Notes: a model not told the origin generated them from the letters alone. DNA of 64,000 nucleotides from Microcoleaceae cyanobacterium (GCA_051652765.1 JBOFUV010000036.1:1-64000); one strand, 5' to 3'. Positions 1 to 9,129 are shown, counted from the first letter of the stretch. Numbers and translations are program-made.

Positions 1-274
1 GTCGGAGGTGAATACTCTTTCAAATCTGATTCCGCTTCGGGTTCATCGGCTGGAGGTTCTGGGTTATGAAACGCTGTTGTATGGCCGATTTTCCCCTTCT
101 GATCAAGGGACTAGGGGTTCTGAACAGGTTCCGACTGAAGATTTGGCCCCGATTCTGGTGCGGGTTCCGGGGGAGGTTTCAGTTCGTTCAGGGGAGAGGG
201 TTTGGGTTGAAATTTTGCTGGAAAAAATTCATCTGTTTGATGCCAAGACGGAACTGGCTATTGTGCCGACTTGA
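1..274 (+). CDS. 3' end of sugar-type ABC transporter ATP-binding protein (TOBE/OB domain), truncated by window edge
   Basis: LEVLGYETLLY...IHLFDAKTELAI resembles MalK/UgpC C-terminus; TGA at 272-274. Confidence 0.7.
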   Translation, partial: SEVNTLSNLIPLRVHRLEVLGYETLLYGRFSPSDQGTRGSEQVPTEDLAPILVRVPGEVSVRSGERVWVEILLEKIHLFDAKTELAIVPT

Positions 275-293
275 GGTTTTTGTGCTTTTTTGC

Positions 294-532
294 TAAGGGT
301 CTTGCCAGAATGGGTGAATCAGGGTTATATTTTGCGTAGACCGAAGCGGGGTCGAAAACCCTGGGGGTTTGACGAAAATCGCTAGAACCTTGATAACTGA
401 ATACTTTCCAAACTTTTCAATTTTGGAAATCGCTCTAAAGGCAGCGTTTTTCAAGGTGAGTTTGCCTCTTAAAAAGAGGTTCACGAAAACCCCCTCCAGA
501 ATCACGATATAATCAGGGTTCTAGACGGCGGA
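294..532 (+). promoter_or_regulatory. CRISPR leader
   Basis: Non-coding, directly precedes first repeat; related motifs TTTTGCGTAGACC (330-342), GGTTTGACGAAAA (366-378), GGTTCACGAAAA (~478-489); inverted pair CTAGAACCTTGA (382-393)/TCAGGGTTCTAG (513-524). Confidence 0.75.
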
Positions 533-1065
533 CTTGAAATACCTATAATCCCGTTTACGGGACTGAAACTCTAGTCCCTATTCGATTTTCAAGGTGCTGT
601 TGACCTTGAAATACCTATAATCCCGTTTACGGGACTGAAACCGCCATTGTTCGGATCAATCACATTCCTGATTTCATCTTGAAATACCTATAATCCCGTT
701 TACGGGACTGAAACTCCCCTGGATACCCTGTTATCAGCACTACCGCCGCACTTGAAATACCTATAATCCCGTTTACGGGACTGAAACTAAAATTAAGGGG
801 AGATGCCGTTTGATCCTTGATCCCTTGAAATACCTATAATCCCGTTTACGGGACTGAAACTCTATCTCCGATCTCCGGGAAGTCTCAGGTTTTCAGCCCT
901 TGAAATACCTATAATCCCGTTTACGGGACTGAAACGAACCTTCTTAGCCTTGGATTCTAACGACTTCTCTACTTGAAATACCTATAATCCCGTTTACGGG
1001 ACTGAAACCTTCAAAGTATTCTCGTTCTGGAACGAGATTCAGGCTTGAAATACCTATAATCCCGT
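533..1065 (+). CRISPR. CRISPR array: 7 identical 37-bp repeats plus a 3'-truncated 8th, 7 spacers of 35-38 bp; type I-D-like repeat
   Basis: Repeat CTTGAAATACCTATAATCCCGTTTACGGGACTGAAAC at 533, 605, 678, 751, 824, 899, 972; first 22 nt at 1044; internal hairpin TCCCG-TTTA-CGGGA, 3' end ACTGAAAC. Confidence 0.98.
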
Positions 1066-1082
1066 ATTTAGGTATTAGGAAT

Positions 1083-1118
1083 CTCGAAATACTCAAAGTT
1101 ATGGCTGCGAACTGAAAC
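1083..1118 (+). repeat. Degenerate extra CRISPR repeat
   Basis: CTCGAAATAC...ACTGAAAC, 36 nt; about 24/37 positions match the repeat by manual alignment, hairpin lost. Confidence 0.6.
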
Positions 1119-1193
1119 TGATGTTAGAACCGTGAACCTATTGTCGAAAGTACACGTCTCTAGAGTTAAATCACTAGAAAGGACACCTCACCT

Positions 1194-1838
1194 ATGGCTA
1201 GCTCCAGACTGTCTCGCTCCAGCACAGCCTTATTTTTGACCCTTGGTTTAATCACAACAGGAGCCGCCCCATTCTTGCTCCCAGCCATTGCCACAGCCCA
1301 GCAATTCCCTGGCTCACTACAACGAGATCGGGTTACTGCTGGAACCATCATTCCCGTCGAATACGAAGACGCTGAAAAAATCGTCGTCACCCCTGACGAA
1401 ACCGTAGAAGTCACAGTCATTGTCTCCCAGAGCCTAAGATCCAGCACAGGGCGAGTGTGGCTACCCGCCGGATCAGAAATCAAAGGAGAAATTCGTCCTG
1501 CCAACGGCGGATCTCAATTTATCGCAGAAGAAGTCATTTTCACCAACGGCAAGCGGTTTCCCCTAAATGCCAGTTCCGCCATTGTCACCCGTACTGAAAC
1601 CATCAAAAAAGGAGCCTCTGCGGGAGACATCCTGAAAGGAGCAGCCGTTGGTGCTGCTGCTGCGACAGCAGTTTCTGTCATCACAGGAGACAAAGCGATC
1701 GCGACAGAAGAAGTCCTAGGCGGGGTTGGCTTAGGAGCGATCGCCGGAATCTTTCTCGGTCGAGATCAAGTCGAAGTTGTCGTCATTCGTCCCGAAGACC
1801 TAGACTTGCAACTCCGATCCGACATTATCTTCCGTTAA
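1194..1838 (+). CDS. Conserved cyanobacterial exported protein with glycine-zipper C-terminus
   Basis: Signal peptide-like N-terminus; GAAVGAAAATAV...GGVGLGAIAG motif; AAGGA upstream. Confidence 0.75.
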   Translation: MASSRLSRSSTALFLTLGLITTGAAPFLLPAIATAQQFPGSLQRDRVTAGTIIPVEYEDAEKIVVTPDETVEVTVIVSQSLRSSTGRVWLPAGSEIKGEIRPANGGSQFIAEEVIFTNGKRFPLNASSAIVTRTETIKKGASAGDILKGAAVGAAAATAVSVITGDKAIATEEVLGGVGLGAIAGIFLGRDQVEVVVIRPEDLDLQLRSDIIFR

Positions 1839-1870
1839 TTTTTTGCGTTAATTTTTTGCGTTAACTTTTG
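1833..1870. repeat. 13-bp tandem repeat x3 containing the upstream stop codon
   Basis: CGTTAATTTTTTG x2 + CGTTAACTTTTG. Confidence 0.9.
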
Positions 1871-1917
1871 ATCAGTCAGGCTCTACCTTAGCAATCTGAC
1901 CCACCAACACCAACCAT

Positions 1918-1942
1918 TCAGGGCGAGGCCACCTCGCCCTGA
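1918..1942. repeat. GC-rich REP-like hairpin / possible terminator
   Basis: TCAGGGCGAGG-CCA-CCTCGCCCTGA perfect 11-bp stem. Confidence 0.6.
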
Positions 1943-2066
1943 CAACAAAAATTGCCCAAGTTTGCAATCTTTTGAACAGTTTCTATCCTAGACCCTTGAT
2001 TAAATTGAGTATTCCTGCTGCTGCAATTCCACTCGCTGTCCTCCTATCTTCGATTTCCAAATTTTT

Positions 2067-3170
2067 ATGTATTCTCGGTTGCAACGGTTTTGGACAGCAC
2101 TGTTCCTAACATTTGGGTTGGTGGTCAGTGCAAGCCTCTGGGAATCAGAAGCCAGCCCCAGAACAGAGCTTTCCCTAGAACAGCCCAGGATCATCGCCCA
2201 ACAGTTGGCCCAGTCTCTGATCGCCCAAACTCTTCGGACTCCGCAGTTTTCGATCCCAGTTCAGTGTTCCCTCGGGAAAGACTGTTTCATCTTGCTCTAT
2301 CCCGACCGCGACCCCAGCCCCAATGAGATTGACTTCGGCTGCGGGCGACAAACTTACAACAGCCATACAGGCACCGATTTTGCAATTCCTGACGAACAAA
2401 TCATGGCCCAAGGAGTTCAGGTTCTAGCCTCTGCTCCCGGCAAAGTCTTGCGAGTACGAGACGGCGTTAGCGATCGCCGATTGGAAAACATCGCTGAAAA
2501 AGCCAATGTTGAAGGCATGGAATGTGGGAACGGGGTTGTGATTGACCATAGCTCACTGTCCAATGGCAGCGGTTGGGAGACCCAGTATTGTCATCTGCGA
2601 AAAGGCAGCATTGTTGTAAAGCCTGGAGACAGGGTCGAACGGGGAGCGACTTTAGGGATGGTCGGAGCCTCTGGAGCCGCTTCTTTTCCCCATGTGCATC
2701 TGAGTGTGCGACATCAAGGAAAAATAGTTGATCCATTTGTGGGGCCAGAGGCAGGAGCAGGCTGCCAGGTCAATCGGACTGCCCTCTGGGATCAATCCTT
2801 GCCTTACACTCCAACTGGATTAATTCGGTCGGGTTTTGCCTCCGCCCCACCGACCATGAATCAACTCTGGCAAGGGAAATTCAAGGAAACAACCCTGGCC
2901 AAGACAAGCCCCAACATCATCTTTTGGGCGCAGATCTATGGGGTCTTTCAAGGCGATCGCGTAGAATATAAACTGTTTGACCCAGCGGGCAACGTTGTTC
3001 TGAATCATCAAGAAACCTTAAAATCCCCTGGCCGTACCTGGTTTGGCTATGTCGGCAAAAAAAACCTTCCCCAAAATCCCTTAGCCTTAGGAAATTGGCG
3101 AGGGGAATATCGCTTAATCCGCGAGGGAAAGGTTTTGTTAAATATTCAACGAGATGTTCGACTGGGTTAA
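2067..3170 (+). CDS. M23 family metallopeptidase
   Basis: HTGTDF, YCHL and PHVHL motifs; N-terminal signal/TM. Confidence 0.92.
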   Translation: MYSRLQRFWTALFLTFGLVVSASLWESEASPRTELSLEQPRIIAQQLAQSLIAQTLRTPQFSIPVQCSLGKDCFILLYPDRDPSPNEIDFGCGRQTYNSHTGTDFAIPDEQIMAQGVQVLASAPGKVLRVRDGVSDRRLENIAEKANVEGMECGNGVVIDHSSLSNGSGWETQYCHLRKGSIVVKPGDRVERGATLGMVGASGAASFPHVHLSVRHQGKIVDPFVGPEAGAGCQVNRTALWDQSLPYTPTGLIRSGFASAPPTMNQLWQGKFKETTLAKTSPNIIFWAQIYGVFQGDRVEYKLFDPAGNVVLNHQETLKSPGRTWFGYVGKKNLPQNPLALGNWRGEYRLIREGKVLLNIQRDVRLG

Positions 3171-3598
3171 CCCATTAAGCCTGCATTTAGTAGCTTCTGA
3201 CACGCTTCTATCCAGGATTGCCCCAGATAACTGTCTCCCTGAACAATATGGTTGACATAGTGATATCCCGTGACGGGATGACCAGAACCATCAGCCTTGG
3301 CTTGGCGTTGCTGTAGCCACTGCACCCAGTTCACACTCTGCTCATAAATATCTCGAATTGCTTTTTTGACTGGGGAATCAATGCCTTCAATCAAGATAAT
3401 CCTGATTTTATCCCCGACATTCTGAACCTGAACAATTCGCATGTGAGCATGGTAAGTCTGCCACTCTGCACCCAAGTCGAACCCCTTCACCCCCGCGCCG
3501 GACGATTCCTCAACCAAAGGAACTTGGCTTTTAACGACCTCTATGTCAGATGCAACATCAGAGGCTATTGATTCTTTCATTCTGTATTCTGTCATCAT
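3167..3598 (-). CDS. Hypothetical protein
   Basis: 143-aa ORF; stop overlaps the convergent M23 stop (TTAA); no family recognised. Confidence 0.6.
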   Translation of the reverse strand: MMTEYRMKESIASDVASDIEVVKSQVPLVEESSGAGVKGFDLGAEWQTYHAHMRIVQVQNVGDKIRIILIEGIDSPVKKAIRDIYEQSVNWVQWLQQRQAKADGSGHPVTGYHYVNHIVQGDSYLGQSWIEACQKLLNAGLMG

Positions 3599-3997
3599 TG
3601 CACTTCACCCTGAATCATACTACTAGTCTGTTCCCCTAGGTCATCTTTGTAAGAATCACAAAAGGGAGAGATATCTATTATGGCACTGGTTTAAGATTGT
3701 GGAGAGAATTTAAGCAATCGATAAGAATTAACAGAACTTATCGCTGTTATGACTATTCCATTAGTTATAAAGGCCGATCATTGTCAGCCTTTATAACTAA
3801 TGGGACTGTAGTTAAATTAATCCATCAACTTAATTTGGTAAACTGTCATCTTGACCTTTGTGTTATCGCCTTTACAGTTGTTTTTTCTCTGATTGAAACT
3901 GCGGGAAATGTCAAATTGACTCATTGACGAGGGGAAGAAACGGGAAGATATCAAAGAACACGGTAAAATCAGGATACTGGTAAGCCGTCATCAGACA

Positions 3998-4114
3998 TAT
4001 CGCAATCACAAATGATTTGTGAACAGGGAATGAAGGGAGCAATGCTCCCTTCTTGGGGACGAAGTCCCCAAACCCCCCTCTAGTTTTTCTCACATCTCAT
4101 GACTGATCGCTGTA
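3998..4114. mobile_element. MITE-like dispersed repeat, copy 1
   Basis: Ends TATCGCAATCACAAATGATTTGTGAA ... ATGACTGATCGCTGTA; hairpins GAAGGGAGCA-A-TGCTCCCTTC and TTGGGGAC-GAA-GTCCCCAA; core related in reverse to 14789-14901. Confidence 0.65.
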
Positions 4115-4178
4115 ACTTTTTATCCAACTCTTTAATCCATCAGACCAAGTCACGTGTGAAACCCTAGCAGGAGATGAT

Positions 4179-5231
4179 ATGGAGGTTCGTGGAGTCTGGA
4201 TCACCACCACAGATAGCAAAGTTCTCTACTCCCGACAAACCATTACAGAGGCGATGGACTTCTTGGCCGAGACGGGGTTTAATGTTGTCTTTCCCGTAGT
4301 TTGGAATCGGGGGACGACGGTTTATCCGAGCCGAGTGATGGAACAGCAGTTTGGGACACAGATTGACGCTTATCTCAAAGGGCGTGATCCATTGCAGGAG
4401 GTTGTTGAAGAAGGACACCGAGTCGGGTTAAAAATTATTCCTTGGTTTGAATACGGCTTTGCCAGTTCTTACATGCAAAATGGTGGGAAAATCCTGAATC
4501 AAAAACCAGAATGGGCAGCCTTGGATCAGGGCGGAAAACTATTGGTTAAAAATGGGTTTGAGTGGATGAATGCCCTTGATGTTGAAGTGCAGGATTTTAT
4601 TCTCAGCCTAATTTTAGAAGTTGTCAAAAACTATGACATTGACGGTATTCAAGGGGATGATCGATTGCCTGCCATGCCCTCTGAAGGGGGTTATAATCCA
4701 ATTACAGTCCAACGCTACATTCAAGAAAAAGGGAGTCAGCCCCCTTTGAATCATAAAGATTCTCAATGGCTACAATGGCGAGCTGATATTTTGACTGAAT
4801 TCTTGGCACGAATCTATCAAGAAGTCAAAGCAATCAAGCCCAACCTTTTAATTTCAATGGCTCCAAGTATCTATAGCTGGGGATTGAATGAATATCTTCA
4901 GGACTATATGACTTGGATTGATCGCGGTTTAGTCGATCTAATTCATCCCCAACTGTATCGTCGCAATTTTTGGGGTTATAAAAGTTTGGTTGATCAGTTG
5001 GTTGATACTCAGTTTAAAAGCTGGCAATTGCCCAAGGTTTCCCCTGGAATGTTGATCAAAATTGGCTCCTATCGGATTAGCGCCGATGACCTGCTAAAAG
5101 CAATTGAATATAATCGTTTTCGAGGAATTCAGGGAGAAGTTTTCTTCTTTTATGAAGGATTGCGAGAAAACAATAACGCTTTGGCAAATGCTCTCCGTGA
5201 TGGCCCCTATGCTGAATCTGCTCAAGGGTGA
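4179..5231 (+). CDS. Glycoside hydrolase GHL10 (DUF187/YddW-like) protein
   Basis: EVRGVWIT, PWFEYG, YDIDGIQGDD motifs; AGGAG RBS. Confidence 0.9.
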   Translation: MEVRGVWITTTDSKVLYSRQTITEAMDFLAETGFNVVFPVVWNRGTTVYPSRVMEQQFGTQIDAYLKGRDPLQEVVEEGHRVGLKIIPWFEYGFASSYMQNGGKILNQKPEWAALDQGGKLLVKNGFEWMNALDVEVQDFILSLILEVVKNYDIDGIQGDDRLPAMPSEGGYNPITVQRYIQEKGSQPPLNHKDSQWLQWRADILTEFLARIYQEVKAIKPNLLISMAPSIYSWGLNEYLQDYMTWIDRGLVDLIHPQLYRRNFWGYKSLVDQLVDTQFKSWQLPKVSPGMLIKIGSYRISADDLLKAIEYNRFRGIQGEVFFFYEGLRENNNALANALRDGPYAESAQG

Positions 5232-5249
5232 CACAGGAAGAAGATAAAC

Positions 5250-7109
5250 ATGGTGGCTTTAAAGATCGAAGAAATCTTACTTTCTATTATTATTAAGGTT
5301 GGCAGCTCGGGTGAGATCCTGTTGAGTGAAATACTGGGTGCGATCACTACAATTGAAGCTGCTTTTGACCTTGATTGTCACCTTAATTATAAGATCAATT
5401 ATGAGATCATTGTTTTAATTCCTGCTGAAATTGCCTCAGAAAACCAAGATATTTTAGGCTATTTGAAGTCTCAAGGATATTCAGTTGTAGAATTTGTCAA
5501 AAGTTGTAACTTGCTTGAGGTATTTAATCAAGGCATTGAACAGTCTCAAGGTCGCTATATTTTACAGTTAATTGATTACAATCAAGTCTGTGTAAATGCT
5601 ATTTATAGAGGTATTGAACATCTAGAACAATGTTTTGAGATTGGTGCTGTTTATCTGGGTTCTACTGAAAGTCAAGCAAACACAGAAATCCGAGACTTCT
5701 CAACTCTGGATTTCACTAAAATTCTTCGTCAGGGTTATCAGGCTGTCAATCTAATTTTTCGTAAATCCCTGTGGTCTAGATATTATCAGGCTGAGTTTTT
5801 CTCTCAGAAGAATGATCATAGTATTGTCAAAGTTCTTGAGGTTCGAGAGATTCCTTGGGTGAGTGTCTGTATTCCCACCTACAACGGTGAACTCTTGATT
5901 CAAGAGGCGCTTTCTAGTGTTATGACCCAGACTTACCCGAGAATAGAACTACTGATTTCTGATGATGAATCTACTGATAAAACCCTAGAAATTGTTCAAT
6001 CATTCTTAGAAAAATCAGCCGTTAAGTTTTCTATTTTTCCTCATCAACATTACGGATTAGCAGAGAACTGTAACTTTGTCGCGTCTCAATCACAGGGACA
6101 GTATATTAAGTTTCTATTTCAGGATGACCTACTCATGCCAACCTGCATTGAAGAAATGGTTTTCCTAGCAGAACAGGATAGAGAAATTGGACTCGTATTT
6201 TCCGATCGAGACATTTTTTTCTCAACAGGAGCTGAAACTAATCCAGATCTGAATATCATTTACCAAGACTTTAGGAACATTTGTCGAGCTTGGACAAATC
6301 TAAAAACAGTGCAATCAGGGCAGGAATTATTGGCTGACCCCAATTTACTCCGTCATCCCATTAATAAAATTGGGGAACCCAGTACAGTTCTACTCCGTCG
6401 TTCCGTCTTAGAGCAGGTAGGAGGGTTTGATCCAGGGTTAAACCAGCTTGTGGATTTGGATTTGTGGTTGAGAATTTTAAACTGTGCCAAGGTAGGTTTT
6501 ATTGACAAAACTCTGTCTTGTTTTCGACTTCATTTACAACAAAAGACCTACCAAAATATTTGCGAGAATGTTGCAATTGATCTGAATTTTTACTATAAGG
6601 TTTGTCACCATCCTTCCTACTCTTTCTTGCTTGAAGAACTCCGCTATCATGCCCTTTGGATTTATACCGTCAACTTAATTCGTTGCGATCACTATGATTT
6701 AAATTTTCAAAGTGATAGCACTCCGTTAGAATGTCTCCGTCAAGTCAGATTTTGGGTGGCTCAAGAATGGTTAAGATGCCCCAATGATGGGTTGCAGAAT
6801 GTGTACTCATGTCACTTTGGAAAAGTTCATAGAATCCTATCTAGAAATAAAAAGTTAAAAGCACAGTCACTCACCAGAGCCGAAGAAGTTTTTGTTGATA
6901 GCTTGGTCAATAACTTATTACAGTCTTTGGATCAATTTGAGTCTGCTTCAAACTGGGTTCAAACTCTTTTTTCACTTGCACTTTATCAAGGTAGAGAACA
7001 GTTGCAAATGCTGACTTCAACGCGATCAATTCCACAGAGAGGATTTACAGAAGTTGAATATTGGGTAAATGCAAATGCCCCACTTGCTGAAGGCTTGAAA
7101 AGTCTTTAA
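5250..7109 (+). CDS. Glycosyltransferase family 2
   Basis: VSVCIPTYN, SDDESTD, FLFQDD, IGEPSTVL, DLDLWLRI; eroded GT2-like N-terminal region. Confidence 0.9.
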   Translation: MVALKIEEILLSIIIKVGSSGEILLSEILGAITTIEAAFDLDCHLNYKINYEIIVLIPAEIASENQDILGYLKSQGYSVVEFVKSCNLLEVFNQGIEQSQGRYILQLIDYNQVCVNAIYRGIEHLEQCFEIGAVYLGSTESQANTEIRDFSTLDFTKILRQGYQAVNLIFRKSLWSRYYQAEFFSQKNDHSIVKVLEVREIPWVSVCIPTYNGELLIQEALSSVMTQTYPRIELLISDDESTDKTLEIVQSFLEKSAVKFSIFPHQHYGLAENCNFVASQSQGQYIKFLFQDDLLMPTCIEEMVFLAEQDREIGLVFSDRDIFFSTGAETNPDLNIIYQDFRNICRAWTNLKTVQSGQELLADPNLLRHPINKIGEPSTVLLRRSVLEQVGGFDPGLNQLVDLDLWLRILNCAKVGFIDKTLSCFRLHLQQKTYQNICENVAIDLNFYYKVCHHPSYSFLLEELRYHALWIYTVNLIRCDHYDLNFQSDSTPLECLRQVRFWVAQEWLRCPNDGLQNVYSCHFGKVHRILSRNKKLKAQSLTRAEEVFVDSLVNNLLQSLDQFESASNWVQTLFSLALYQGREQLQMLTSTRSIPQRGFTEVEYWVNANAPLAEGLKSL

Positions 7110-7231
7110 ACTGGATTTAAAGCGAATGTAAGCTAAGCAAGGATTCTTGCTCAAACCGAGGTTTCTTGTGATAGACTCTACCCGTTACAGATTAACACAA
7201 TAGACGACATTGAAAGAGGAATTATAGAACG

Positions 7232-8014
7232 ATGGCAACTGTTTTGGTTCCAGGGTTTTTCGTAGGTTTTTTTGGTCTTCCTGTCTTCCTGGGTAGCGAA
7301 GGAAATGATCAAATCTTTTTAACATCAGGTCAGGGTGCAAATGCTGAAATTTTGTTGCTGAATGGAGATGATGTCCTTCAGTCCCCAAACATCAACGACA
7401 GATTGGTTGTTAATGGCAATGCCGGAAGCGATACGGTTACAGGGGGCTTTAACACAGATACCTTGTTCGGTGGTACTGGGCCCGATAGACTCTTTGCCAA
7501 CTCTGGAGCCGATCAACTGTTTGGCAACATTGACCGAGATACGGTTGAAGGTGGATTTAATGGAGATACTCTTTATGGGGGTCGAGATGATGATGATCTG
7601 TTCGGGGATGAAGGCAACGACCTCATGTTCGGGGATCTCGGAAACGATCTCTTAGATGGGGATGCTGACCGAGATGACCTGTTTGGCGGCCTGGGGAATG
7701 ATACCTTTGTGCTTGATCCAATCGAAGCCAGTCCAGACTCAATCAGAGTTGATTTTATTGGGGATTTCGTTGCGGGCAGTGATGCCTCGGTTGGAGATAA
7801 GATTGCCCTCCCAGATGACCTAGAAGATGACATTGATGAGCGGTCTCTTGAGCGGGATATTGATGTTAACCAAGATGGACGGCTTGATATTGCGATTCAA
7901 CTGGAAAATGGTCGATTTATCGGCGTTCTCCTCGATAGTGCGGCGACTCCTCTACCCGAACGGCTTGATCTTGATATTGACTTTATCTTTAGTGATGACT
8001 TTGAGTTTAGCTAA
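7232..8014 (+). CDS. RTX/hemolysin-type calcium-binding repeat protein
   Basis: Many GGxGxDxL-type nonapeptides; very acidic. Confidence 0.88.
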   Translation: MATVLVPGFFVGFFGLPVFLGSEGNDQIFLTSGQGANAEILLLNGDDVLQSPNINDRLVVNGNAGSDTVTGGFNTDTLFGGTGPDRLFANSGADQLFGNIDRDTVEGGFNGDTLYGGRDDDDLFGDEGNDLMFGDLGNDLLDGDADRDDLFGGLGNDTFVLDPIEASPDSIRVDFIGDFVAGSDASVGDKIALPDDLEDDIDERSLERDIDVNQDGRLDIAIQLENGRFIGVLLDSAATPLPERLDLDIDFIFSDDFEFS

Positions 8015-8364
8015 AGTCAAGCTTCATTCAGTCCCTAGACAGAGTTAGTGATAAAACCGCCGTCCTGCTGACCTTGGACGCATAAAAATAGCTTCTGATC
8101 ACAGCTTCTGATCATAGCAGGGGACGATGCTAATCTGCATTCAAGTTTCGCTTAGCTTGCGAAACTTGAGTCTTGGCTCTTAGAAAAACTGTAGCTCAAA
8201 CCCTAATAGCCCAATTTAGCCTAGAGCTGTAACGTAGTATGTTTTAGGATCGAGCCAGCAACAATCGAGCCAGCAACAGTAGAACAGGTAAAACAAAGCG
8301 CTTAGAATATTGCTATTAGGAATGTTCTAAGCAGAATTTGTTGGGAGATAACCGTTCGTAGGGT

Positions 8365-9129
8365 ATGGCTGGACATAGTAAGTGGGCAAATATCAAGCGC
8401 CAAAAGGCCAGAGTTGACTCGGTCAGAGGAAAAGTCTTTACCAAAATCGCTCGAGAGATTATCGTTGCCGCCCGTACGGGTGGGGCTGATCCCGCTGGGA
8501 ATTTTCAGTTGCGGACTGCAATTGACAAGGCTAAGGCTGCCGGAATTCCTAACGACAATATTGAACGGGCGATCGCCAAAGGGGCAGGAACCTTCGGATC
8601 AGGCAATGAGTTAGAAGCCATTCGCTATGAGGGCTATGGCAGCGGCGGAGTTGCAGTTCTGATCGAGGGATTGACCGATAATCGGAATCGCACCGCAGCA
8701 GATTTGCGAGTCGCCTTTAGCAAAAACGGCGGCAATTTGGGCGAAACAGGCTGTGTCAGTTGGATGTTTGAGCAAAGGGGAGTTGTCACCCTGATTGGGC
8801 CAGTAGATGAAGAAAAACTCCTAGAGGCTTCGGTAGAAGCAGAAGCAGAATCCTACGAACTGACCCCTGTCGATGATACCGAGGGCGCAGAGGTCTTCAC
8901 AGACAGTAACAGCTTGGAACGTTTAGTCCAAGTTCTGAAGCATCAAGGCTTTTCCCTCGTTCAAGCTGAAATCCGTTGGATTCCCAACAACACCGTTGAA
9001 ATCGATGATGCTGATCAAGGGCGATCGCTGATTAAATTGATGCACGCGCTAGATAGTCTGGATGACGTTCAAAGCGTAGCCGCCAATTTTGAGATGACAG
9101 ATGCCTGTTATGAAGCCCTTGAAGCGTGA
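8365..9129 (+). CDS. yebC: YebC/PmpR family protein
   Basis: MAGHSKWANIK, YEGYG, TDNRNRT signatures. Confidence 0.96.
   Translation: MAGHSKWANIKRQKARVDSVRGKVFTKIAREIIVAARTGGADPAGNFQLRTAIDKAKAAGIPNDNIERAIAKGAGTFGSGNELEAIRYEGYGSGGVAVLIEGLTDNRNRTAADLRVAFSKNGGNLGETGCVSWMFEQRGVVTLIGPVDEEKLLEASVEAEAESYELTPVDDTEGAEVFTDSNSLERLVQVLKHQGFSLVQAEIRWIPNNTVEIDDADQGRSLIKLMHALDSLDDVQSVAANFEMTDACYEALEA

Noticed and set aside
293..505. 70-aa minus-strand ORF
   Set aside because: Lies in the CRISPR leader; no protein motif
715..750. Spacer 3 similarity to CCCTGGGTATACCCTG near 18878
   Set aside because: Short gapped match, consistent with chance; no self-target seen by eye
1695..2477. Recurrent GCGATCGC (e.g. 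1695, 2470 and throughout)
   Set aside because: HIP1, a well-known cyanobacterial feature
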